A DNA stretch of 64,000 nt, taken from the NCBI GenBank assembly GCA_040954595.2, contig CM082598.2, positions 1,550,001 to 1,614,000 of the forward strand, in the 5' to 3' direction. Below are positions 37,101-48,600 of this stretch, one piece after another (position 1 is the stretch's first letter; each line of letters opens with the position of its first letter). Both the position numbers and the translations under genes were made by a program. This stretch comes from Balanoglossus misakiensis (lineage: Eukaryota > Animalia > Hemichordata). The notes beneath the pieces are model-generated. The model saw nothing but the letters and a program-made list of their open reading frames with translations. It was not told where the DNA came from and did no database searches.

Positions 37101-40100
37101 TGCAATGTAGAAAAAACTAAATTCACCACATGCAAATTCATATATCAAATAAATCAAACTCAAGAACTTGCAAATTAAGGTTTTCAATAAATTCCAACTG
37201 TAGCCAGTATGTCTGTTTGATAGTTCCCGCTGTTAACCATATAATGTACATCACCTTGAAATATTACTAATGTCAAGAAAAGTATCTCTTACTTGATGTA
37301 TGCACAGTCACTTGCACCACCATTAGGTTCACCACTGTCCCAGTTGGTATATGGCAAAGGGGTTCCATCAGTAGTTCTCCATAAGCCATTTGCTTTACGG
37401 GCATTGAACCACATATTTTCTCCTTTCAGTTCCTCTGTATACAGTAGTCCCACCAAGAACTTATTCACTACTGGACTTGCATCTACTGCCAACGATGCCC
37501 CATAACTCTCACAAGCCCAAACAGCATCTTCAAATGTTCGCTTGTCTTCAAAAGTACGATATTGCTCCACTGAAATTGGAATATTTGATCCGAACTATGA
37601 TTGCCTAATTTGAACTTTTAAGTGGAAAAAGATTGATTTGACTATAAGTACCAGCAAAAAAGTAGAGTTATATAATAATGAATGCCGATTATTACAACAG
37701 AGTCTGACAACGACAACGAATATATGGAGAGTAATTACTACATCTGTAACTAATGTTTGTCATTTATATTTTTCTAAACCTTTGTAAAATCGAGAATACA
37801 ACATGAAAACTTACTTTGGGCCTGAGTTAATTCTGTAGAAATAAAATGAGAAATATAAGGAATCAATATAAAGCAATTACTAACAGACTAACACAACAGA
37901 CTAACACAGATTAACAAAGATTACTCCCAATAACTGGCCATAATGCCAAACATGCAGAAACCAAATGAATCACAATCATTTCTATATGATCTACACCATG
38001 CAGACCATATATGTAACAAGATTTAAGACATTTGAAAAATGACATTTTCAAAGTTTGTATGTACCAACATCATTCATTTGACATCTCCCAGTTATCAACT
38101 TAAAACACTAAACCTAAAATGATAAGTAAATCAAGTAAAAATAATGCCCTCCAATTACTTTCGCCTCCTTCACAGATATATGCCCGTCGATGGTCACAAG
38201 TGTTATCATCCCATTGACGTGCTCCACCAGGTCTACAAAATGCATGTGTAGAAAAAAAATACATTCATAAATCAAACACAAGAACTTGCAAACAAAACTT
38301 CTGTATCAATTCCAACCGCAGCCATATCATTTTTTAAAATCAAATTTAGATTTTGGGGGGGAGCTGAAATAGTACTCTATTTCGTGTGGCAGTTTGGTGG
38401 TTCCCGGTGTTAACCATATAATGTACATCACATTGAAATTTTACTAATGTGAAGAAAAGTATCTCTTACTTGATGTATGCACAGTCATTTGAACCACCAT
38501 TAGGCTCACCACTGTCCCAGTTGGTATATGACAAGGGTGTTCCATCAACCGTTCTCCACATGCCATCTGATTTATGGCCATTGAACCACATATTTTCTCC
38601 TCTCAGTTCCGCTGTATTCAGCATTCCTACCAAGAACTTATTCACAACTGGACTTGCAATTACTGCCAACGATGCTCCAAAACTCTCACAAGCCGAAACA
38701 GCTTCGTCAAATGTCCTCTTGTCAGAAAAACCATTAAATTTGTCCACTGAAAATTCAATATTGAATTTAAAAGCATTTAGTCAGATGATAACTGGGAAAG
38801 TATAGTCTATCTATAGCTTAGTCATTCTATCATGTCTTCACAGATACAGATAGGAATACCTAACTCAAAGTTCCATCTGCTTTGCCCTGTATAGTTGTCT
38901 ACTCTTTAAAGCAGGTAGATGTGTTAACTACTCACACTCTTCGGAATATATTTCAAGTCCAACTAATGGTGTGATCGGTTAAGATTGCAATAAATAATTT
39001 CTGGGCAATATATGGTTGATTCTATCAACCAATTATTACGAATTGATGTGACAATACCAACATAAAACACTGTCAGATCGCATCTCACATATAAGACAGT
39101 GGACTTGTATGGTACAATATGTACAGAGATTAAATGTTTGAAAGATGTCTGTAATTTAGGGTTTCATGTTACTGGAGCATTCAAGGTGAAAACCTACCTT
39201 CGGCTTCAGATAGTTCTGTAGAAGTAAAACGAGAAACACAAGACGTAACTATCGAATAATGGTTGGCACAACGGAAACATGATTAGTGTTTTTAATAAAC
39301 AGGGTCCACAGCAGTTTGTGGTAGAGATTATGACAATAGACAACACATAATACTATCATACTGATTTCTAATTTATCGAGTGTTAAGATTTCAAAGGTCA
39401 AATGAACATGAAGATGTATTACCCTCTCCTCCTTCACAGATGTATACTCGTCGGTGACTGCATAGGTTATCATCCCACCGGTGGCCGGCCCCACTTCTGT
39501 GAAAAAATGCATACATACAAAACTTAGTTCAAAAGGTTTTCACTTTAGTGCGAGGGGGTCAAAGCACATTATAATAATGGCATTCTCAGTAAGAGACAGA
39601 AGAAATATTATATGTTTTATTTTCGACGAATACCTAGACTAACAGTGGATATATCCTGATATTTTAAGTAATAAATGTCTTGAAATACTACTGATGCGAA
39701 GAAAACTATCTCTTACCTAAGGTATGCACAGTCATTGGCACCACCATTAGGCTCACCATTGTCCCAGTTGGTATATGACAAGGGTGTTCCATCAACCGTT
39801 CTCCACATGCCATCTGACTTACGGGCATTGAACCATACATCTTCTCCACCAAGACCCCTTCCTTTCAACATAGCAACCAAGTAATCTTGCTCCGATGTGC
39901 TGGTAATTGTTGCTAACGATGCTCCAAAACTCTCGCAAGCAGTAACTGCCTCATCAAAAGTCCTTTTACCTTTAAACGCACGGAATTTGACTTCTGGAAA
40001 GTTGCATATTTTTGAAACTTTAGAATAAGGTTATGGAACGGAATTATACTCATTGATTTAAATATTTTCGAGTCAATATTTCAAAGGCGAAATGACAAGA

Positions 40101-43100
40101 TTGACGATTAACATAAAGATATATTACCCTCTCCTCCTTCACAGATGAATACTCGTTGGGGACTGCATGCGTTATCATCCCATCGGTGACTGGCCCCACT
40201 TCTGTGAAAAAAATGCATGTATACAAAACTAAGTTCAATAGGTTTTCACTTCGTGCTAAGGGTCAAAGCACATTATAATAAAGAGACAGAAGAGATTATA
40301 TGTTAACTGTATTTCATGACTTCTTATGGTCAACCATTTCTGTTTTTGTGGTTTACATATTAAACTCATTCAACGTCTTTCCACATTTTTGCTTATTAAC
40401 TTCCATTTTTTAAACATCTTAAGTTGAAATTGTGTCAACGATAAGAGATTGTCCTCACTCACGTAGGTAGCCAAAAACCTATTGAAGGTAGAGAGAATTC
40501 CAAGTACATGTACAATAATATGTATGCCAACACATCAAACAAACAAGATGGCAATTCGTATTAATTACAACTCTAAAGTGTTGTCGCATTTTTACTGTTC
40601 AAGAGTTTTTGCAGCAGTCCTAACCTGATGTATGCACAGTCATTGGCACCACCATTAGGCTCGCCATAGTCCCAGTTGGTATATGACAAGGGTGTTCCAT
40701 CATCCGTTCTCCACAAGCCATCAGATTTACGGGCATTGAACCATACATCTTCTCCACCAAGACCATCTGCTTTCAGCATGCTCACCAAGTAATCATGCAC
40801 CATTATGTTGGTAACTTTTGCCAACGTCGCTCCATAACTCTCACAAAAGGAAACTGCCCCATCAAAATTCTTTTTGTTTCCAAACGCACGGAATGTGTTC
40901 TCTGAAAAGTTACATATGTATTTTTGTATCATTTGGTCAAGGTAGTGGTTCGTTCATTTCTGATATGACCTGTTCACAGTAATGAAATGCTTTATTTTTG
41001 TTGAAAGTGTTCAAAGAATTATTGTTGATGGCAGTGAGTAATGAATTGGGGAAATTACATTTTAACATTGAAAACTTACTTTCAGCTTGAGTCAGTTCTG
41101 TGAAATGAAATGAGAGAAATGTTAGTAATGCCGATTGGTGAATGGAACGGCGAACTGTTTCAAATATCAGTAAGCATGCAGAGAGAGGGGCGAGGAAGAG
41201 AGAGAGGGGGGGGGAGAGAGGGGGGACGAGAGAGACGAGGAGAGAGGGGAGAGAAAGAGCTGGGTCTATATTCATACAATAACGTAAAACCACTCAACGA
41301 AGTCAAGAATAAGTACAATTATTATTAGTGTGCGCAGTGAATGTTACGATTTTTGAAAGCTTGAGAGTATGAGAAATTACCTTCTCCGCCTTCACAGATG
41401 TAAATCCTTCTCGTGTTGCAGTCAGAATCATCCCACTGGAGGGATTTCGAGTTCCTGGGGAGATTATTTCAAAGTGGAAACTCTTTACTATGTGTTGTCC
41501 TAACAACAGACAAGATGGCGGCAACCATTTATTGTCTGTGTCGAAGATCGGAAAAATACAGCATATTGGACAAAAAGAATTAAGGCACAAATGTAATGTA
41601 ATGATGACGTACCACATGTAGCCACAATCTCCATTCCCACTTGGTTCTCCAGATGCCCAGTTGGTGTATGGTAGAGGTTCTCCATCCGCTGTTTTAAACA
41701 CGCCATTTGATTTTCGGACACTGATGTAAGCATCGCCCAGATTCCGCGATCTCAACAAATTGACCAAGGCGACATGTTCGACAGAATTGGACACCACGGC
41801 CAGAGATGCCCCCATACTCTGACAAGCTGACTGTGCATCATCAAATGTTTTCGTGTCAGTAAACAAATGAAAATTAAACTCTGAAAGATAAACAATTCAA
41901 TTATTAGCAGATAGAAAAGCCAACTGCAACGTGATGATTTTACAATTAGGGGGGGGGGGGGGTGGGCTATCAGTATTTATCAACACACCCAATTTATACG
42001 CAAATAAAATTAAGAGTCATTTCGGTATGATACGGACGATTTATTTCTTGCCACATCACCATCCATTATTCATAAGGCACTGTTGAAACTTGTCTCATCG
42101 GCTATCACTTCAACATATCCACTTTAAAATATCATATATCGCTTAGTGCTCACAGCTTACTAATTACCTGTATGAGACTATTCAATTTAGACTCAGGTAA
42201 TTCGGCGAGAAGTACCATGTCCAGAGCAAGTCTGTGCAGGCACTGGACGACTCTTTTGTTTGCTCAAACCTCATTCGTCAGCGAAAATTGGTGCGAAAAT
42301 ATTGCTAATATAAATTGTCGCGGATCTGGTTTCTAGAATCCTCCCTCAGGATTGGTATAGCTGGTTTAAACCTGCCAGTGTCACACAACTAAAGCAAAAA
42401 CCTGTTCAATGATGATGCATGAAGCCTTGCGCTTCCATGCGGTTTTTTTCGACCCAGACTGTGTAGACTCACGTGTACAGTCACCGACGGTAGTAGAGAG
42501 AAAGTATATAGAATTTCATGACCTCTGCGCCGCGATCTCTGCCGAACGAATGTTGTTTACTTGAGTGACGCGGTGCATTCTGCGGGACTACTTTCTGCGG
42601 GACTACTTTTGAATACATTTCCTCATATTTGACGAAAATTGAAGTACCGATCGTGGCGCTTTGATTTTCAGTAGGGTGGTGCGGTAGACAATCCTTTGTT
42701 ATACAAAGTAGAGTCGTGTTGGAGATAGTCCAGTCAGGTTCATCGCTCAGCAGGTCACGAATTGGCATCATAGCGAGAACACTTGCGATAGCGAAAGATT
42801 TTCGTAAACGTTGAGGTTCCCAAATATACTGACACCTAGATATTATGTTATTCTGACGATAGTTGGGCAGGTTTTAATCTAATGGCGAACAAGAATGTTG
42901 AAAACTCCCAACGTTTCGTGGCCAAAGTTTCATGCTTTCAAAATATCAGCACCGTAGTATGATCAACTCATGATTAATAAAACCTGTGCGATAGTTCTGT
43001 ACAATAACTTGTGAATCCAAATCAAACAGCTGGGTAGTATATTGCAGAGCCCATCCTCTATGTTTGGGTCAACCTAGCCAGGTTTATCTACGTCAATATT

Positions 43101-43307
43101 TTTGGTCTATGGACAAAGAATGCCTATTTACACTCGCTGTCGGCGATAAGACAGGAACATGGTACAAATAAAATAACTCATATTTTAAGGAGTAAGATTT
43201 GTGGAACCTACCATATTGGAAAAGCATTGAATTTGCAATAAAAAAAACTTACCAGCTCTGCCTATCTCGACAGACAGTGCCAAAACCAGTAACACTAGAA
43301 AAGCCAT
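34171..43307 (-). CDS. Secreted chimeric lectin copy B (6 CTL + Pro/Thr stalk + F-type lectin)
   Basis: Exon-for-exon duplicate of copy A, with ATG at 43307 and stop at 34171-34173. No frame disruption seen in the domain ORFs. Confidence 0.85.
42263..42862. mobile_element. 600-bp insertion unique to lectin copy B (intron after the signal-peptide exon)
   Basis: Copy A reads GTTTGGGCAG. Copy B reads GTTTG[600 bp]TTGGGCAG, consistent with a TTG target-site duplication. TCGTCAG/CTGACGA inverted motifs lie near the ends. Confidence 0.55.
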
Positions 43308-43834
43308 CGTTCTTTAGACACCAGAGCTTCAAATCTGTGAGGGGGAAATTAAAGGAAAATCATGATATAACAAAGTATTTTGGGATCAAGACCATGGATT
43401 GATAACTACCGATACAAGCTGATGACTTTTTTACCGAACGGCTCACTCAAATTGTGCTTGCCAAGTTTACATTACTTTTAGACAGACGTTTGACTCCAAT
43501 GACTATACTGATCCTTATAAAAGTAAACGAAATGACAGAGTATTCCTAAATTTTAAGTACGTATTTCGTTATGCTACCTAATATCTCTGAGCATAGTGAT
43601 CTTGCATGAGCGGATACTCACCTCTGCCAAGTAAGACGAAGCTGCCGTTCTACCCAGGTCTGACAATCCTGTCGGGTTGAGCAGTCCTATTTATTGGTGT
43701 ACTAAAAGCCATTCATATCATTAAACTCAATATTCAGTTTAGTTAATTACAAAAGGTGGTGTATTTTTGGCATTAATACACCTATGAATAACTCTTAGAA
43801 ACGTGTCATGCATAAATGCTGGCATTGCACACAG

Positions 43835-43856
43835 ACACATACATACATACATACAT

Positions 43857-43887
<31 letters not shown>

Positions 43888-44146
43888 GACACACACACAT
43901 ACATACATACATACATACACACACATACATACATACATACATACATACATACATACATACATACACACATACATACATACACACACACACAGACACACAC
44001 ACACATACATACATACATACATACATACATACATACATACATACATACATACATACATACACACACACACAGACACACACACACATACATACATACATAC
44101 ATACATACATACATACATACATCCATACATACATACATACATACAT

Positions 44147-44176
<30 letters not shown>
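43835..44176. repeat. Compound (TACA)n/(CA)n microsatellite; short homologue at 33818-33847, another at 35259-35322
   Basis: Direct reading. Confidence 0.97.
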
Positions 44177-44177
<1 letters not shown>

Positions 44178-45499
44178 AGGTATAAGGCAATTTAAAATAC
44201 TATTATAGCTGACCTTTTACAGTTACTGGCATGTGCATAAACAATTTTTTTTTCATTGCCAGCATCTATTATCCATATAACTTAAATATCTTTTGTGATG
44301 TGTATATACAGACCACCAAAGCAGTAATTTCTTTAAATAAAACAAACTATAAGGGAGTAATTTCTACTTTACTGTCGCATTAATGTCCAAATAGCTGCAA
44401 TTTTCATGATTTACTTTCAAACTTCGAGCGGTCCATTTAAATGGGCTAAGTGATGGTTATTACAGTACAAGCAAACATATTACATGTATAAAATATAAAC
44501 TAGTTAAATAATAAACAGCTGCGGCACTCGTTTATTCAGTCATCCATTGCAAGAGTGCACAACTAAATTAAATTAATGTTATCTGTCGACTTTGGATTAA
44601 AAGTATGCTACAAAGGCCAGCTACTGGGGCTTTAAAGACTTCCAGAAACAGATTAAAATTTCAGGATAATCCAGGGGTGAAAACAGAAAGGCACAGCACA
44701 AACATCAGTTTAACTAAACTTTATTACAAACCCTGCATTGTATCCTCTGCAAGAAAAACATAACTGAACGAGTCAAAGTAATGATATCAGAATTGTAAAT
44801 GTTTCACCAACAGGACTTCAACCGTATCAGTCCAGAGCTTCTAGTAACATAACCAAATTTACATATAGGAGTTAAGACCTTATAGAGTTAAGGTAATATG
44901 CGTCTTAGGTACAGTAAAATGAGTCCTCCATATCTTTCAAGTCTTTTTGAAAACACTGAATAAAACTTGGTGTTCACTGTCGTTGTCATAAAAGAAAGAG
45001 TTCAAGCAAGACGTCTGTTCACACATACAGAGACACACAAAGTCATGAAGTTGAATTTTGAAAGCACCAAATCTAGACACTACGAAAGAAATACAAGTGG
45101 TAAATGGGTTCAATAAATATGCAACGATACTCCTTAATTTGCAAGGTTAAAATGAATTTCTACACTTTCTTTTTTCCCTTGAAAGGAAAGCATGAATTTC
45201 CAAACAGAGTGACAACAAAATATATTTTCTCTCTTATATTCACTTTACTGTAATCCCTCTTGCATTCGCCATATATTGTTCTTTTTTAAAATCCTTCTTT
45301 AGGTTTTGGTTCACAAGAATCCATCTTTCATTTTTTGGGGGGGAGGAGGGGATTTTAATATTGCACTCTATCTCTGCCAGTGGGAGGGGGGGGGGCCACT
45401 GGATATCACTCGAATGGAATCCATCACAATCAGGAAAAGTCGGATGGGTAGCCACTGTCCAATGACATCATTTCAACTCCGTACACACAAGACAGCCAC

Positions 45500-45590
45500 T
45501 AACCCTTTAACCACCATGGTTCAGTCCAAACTCATTGTCTCCTATGGTAAGCTTGGACCGGTACACAGGGAACTGGGGGTGAAGGGTTAA
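45500..45590. mobile_element. ~90-bp piggyBac-like MITE, copy 1 (3'UTR of the zinc-finger gene)
   Basis: Ends TAACCCTT...AAGGGTTAA (CCC/GGG termini with TTAA-like flanks). Homologous to the inverted copy at 52864-52953. Confidence 0.6.
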
Positions 45591-45646
45591 AGAATCCATT
45601 CTTTTCCCTTTCCATTATTTCCACCTTGTTTTCGACTGTTGAAGAT

Positions 45647-48600
45647 TTAGTCTCCTTCTACAGTCTTCATGTGTTTGTTATACTCCTGTAACCAACATAA
45701 CAACGTGGAAATTAGACTCACAATATTTGGAAGATCGACGTGTAATTTCATTCATTTGCATGCTTATTGCACTGGTGAATGATACCCAGGGTTGCAAAAC
45801 AATTAACTTCAAAACAGGATGATTTATGAGTACAGGAAGAAGAGTCTAAATATAACAGACATGTTTGCGTGCATCAACATGTTTTGCATTGATAGACCTG
45901 AGCATACTATTTACATCGGATGTCAATTAATTTGCACAATTGCATCAATTACCAATTCAGTTCACGTTCTCTATGCTTTTTATCAAAGGCTGCTCTTGGC
46001 TCCACAAAATTTGCTGCCAATGACATCAAATGAATTTTAAAGAAGCTGTATAGTATTAGTGTTATGCACAAATTAAAGCCGATTGACTTCCACTTAATGG
46101 TGTATTGGACTTAGCACATCAATACAGCAAACATGGAGCTCTCTTGTATAAACATATGGCCTCTTGAAATTTATACAAATACATAAGCCCATAGCTGTAA
46201 GATTTAATTTACACCATTTTCATGATCTGCTCGATGTTTAAACTTCTACTGGAGACAATCAAACAGTATTCACCTCAAGATTCATGCAGTGAGTTTTCGA
46301 TTTACAGTGCAAGTCACATGCCACTTCGGGTTCCAGCAGCATTTTCTGACAAACCAAACAATAAAAACCCGGTCTAATGAAGTCTGTGCCTTGGAAGAGA
46401 AAAAGAAAGTAGATTCAAGGATACATCGAAAAGATGAATTCGGTCTAGAAATTTGGAAATGAAATTAAGTACTACATGTGTACCATACATGATGCAACAT
46501 CTAACCCCAGACACAGAGAACAGACTACATGTACCATCAAGCTATATTGCCATCAATTATCACCATGCTTTCATCGACATGTTGATGACAAGTACCGAAC
46601 ATCATGAAGTACTAAAAATACACTACATTGTTAGTTATCTGGCCTAAAACAAACAATTATTTCCTGCAAGCGGATGGGTGAGTCATGCAGTAAAAGGTTG
46701 TCCTTGTTTGAAAAATGTAGTGTAAACACAGTATGCATATATTTGATGCTTATCCCCCCCCCCCCCTGGACGAAATTAAAAATTAAATACACTCCCTTTA
46801 TCACTACTGACGAAACTGACTCTCATACAAGGAGACCATCTTACCTATGTTCTCTGCAGTGTGACCTTCTGTCAAAGTCTCGTCAACATCCCCCTCCTGG
46901 TTCCCTTCTCCCTCCTCTTTCCCATCATCCATCTCCTCTCCCTCACCGTCGTCAACAGTTTCATCCAGTGTCACCAGCATGGATGGGTCGAGATCCAGAA
47001 TAGACTCAAACTCGGCATCTGCATTGTCTTCATCACGGATCTCACTCTCCCCTCGTCCAACAACACTGTCGACCTCCATCTCATTCTGTTGTGATTCATT
47101 ACAGGTCGACTTCTGTTGTCCATCAGAATCTCCGGCACAATCAGCTGTTCGTTCAACAGTACTGGTTTCTTCGCTTTCACTGTCCGAGTCACCACTGTTT
47201 GACAATGCCTTAATTTCCAGATCCGGAATAAACTGAAACTCAGTATCTGCATTGTCTTCATCACAGATCTCATTTCCCTCTTGTCCAACAACAATGTCGA
47301 CCTCCATCTCATTCTGTTGTGATTCATTACAGGTCGACTGCTGTTGTCCATCAGAATCTCTGGCACAATCAGCTATTCGTTCGACAGTACTGGTTTCTTC
47401 GCTTTCACTGTCTGAGCCACCACTGTTTGACAATGCCTTAATTTCACCCTGCCAAGTACCACTAGAACCCTCCTCTTCATCACACACTGCTTCAATGGCT
47501 GAACTGGCCTCATTTTCTGGCTCACTGTCATGTGTACTCTGTATTCCTGTGTCTTGCAATTCACCATCACCATCACCATCACCATGACCTTTGGTTTCTG
47601 GCTGAGACATTAAACAACCTTCAGTCTCCAGTTCTGACCCAGAACCAATATCATTTTCTGGTTCCACTTTCCTTTCACACTGAACACTGCTGGTTCCACA
47701 AACACCATGTTGATGTTGCGCTCTACTGACCAACTTATATTTTATCAGGTCTTTCAGATCACCTTCAAATTCATAGAATACTTTGCTGCCATCTTTTACT
47801 GTTTTGACTTTGACTCTGTCCAATATAGGCGGTAATCGTCTAAGTGTTACAGAAACTGGTTTCAACTGCCATTGTTTTCTGTATTGCCTGTACAACTCTA
47901 TGTCACTTAATTTTCTAGTCTGTGTCCTGTGAATTTTCATACTGTCCCCAACAAAGTCTCTGTGACTATGTCTACTGGTCTTGCTACTTTCACTGTGTCT
48001 ATCTCTCTTGGTACTTGCAACAATGTCTTCACTGCTGTCTCCATCTGTCTCGACACTTGCAACATTGTCTCGACTTCTAGGTCTATGTCTTTTATCTCTT
48101 GCAACTTTGTATTTCTTGTTGTGTCTATCTCTCTTGATACTTGCAACAATGTCTTCACTGCTGTCTCCATCTGTCTCAACACTTGCAACATTGTCTCGAC
48201 TTCTAGGTCTATGTCTTCTATCTCTTGCAACATTGTGTTTCTTAGTGTGTCTATCTCTCTTGATACTTGCAACAATGTCTTCACTGCTGTCTCCATCTGT
48301 CTCAACACTTGCAACATTGTCTCGGCTTCTAGGTCTATGTCTTCTATCTCTTGCAACATTGTGTTTCTTAGTGTGTCTATCTCTCTTGGTAATTGCAACA
48401 TTGTCTTCAGTGCTGTCTCCATCTGTCTCAACACTTGCAACATTGTCTCGGCTTCTAGGTCTATGTCTTCTATCTCTTGCAACATTGTATTTCTTAGTGT
48501 GTCTATCTCTCTTGGTAATTGCAACATTGTCTTCAGTGCTGTCTCCATCTGTCTCAACACTTGCAACATTGTCTCGACTTCCAGGTCTATGTCTTCTATC

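Larger units (their letters stand above)
24390..43860. repeat. ~9.4-10 kb tandem segmental duplication (unit A ~24390-33847, unit B ~33848-43860)
   Basis: Introns, UTRs and promoter are near-identical. The offset is 9356 bp at the stop codon and 9994 bp at the start codon. Confidence 0.93.

Noticed and set aside
43739-44208. Six overlapping ORFs (MYVC/HTYI repeats)
   Set aside because: Translation of a (TACA)n/(CA)n microsatellite; the same applies to 35206-35413 and 19548-19852.
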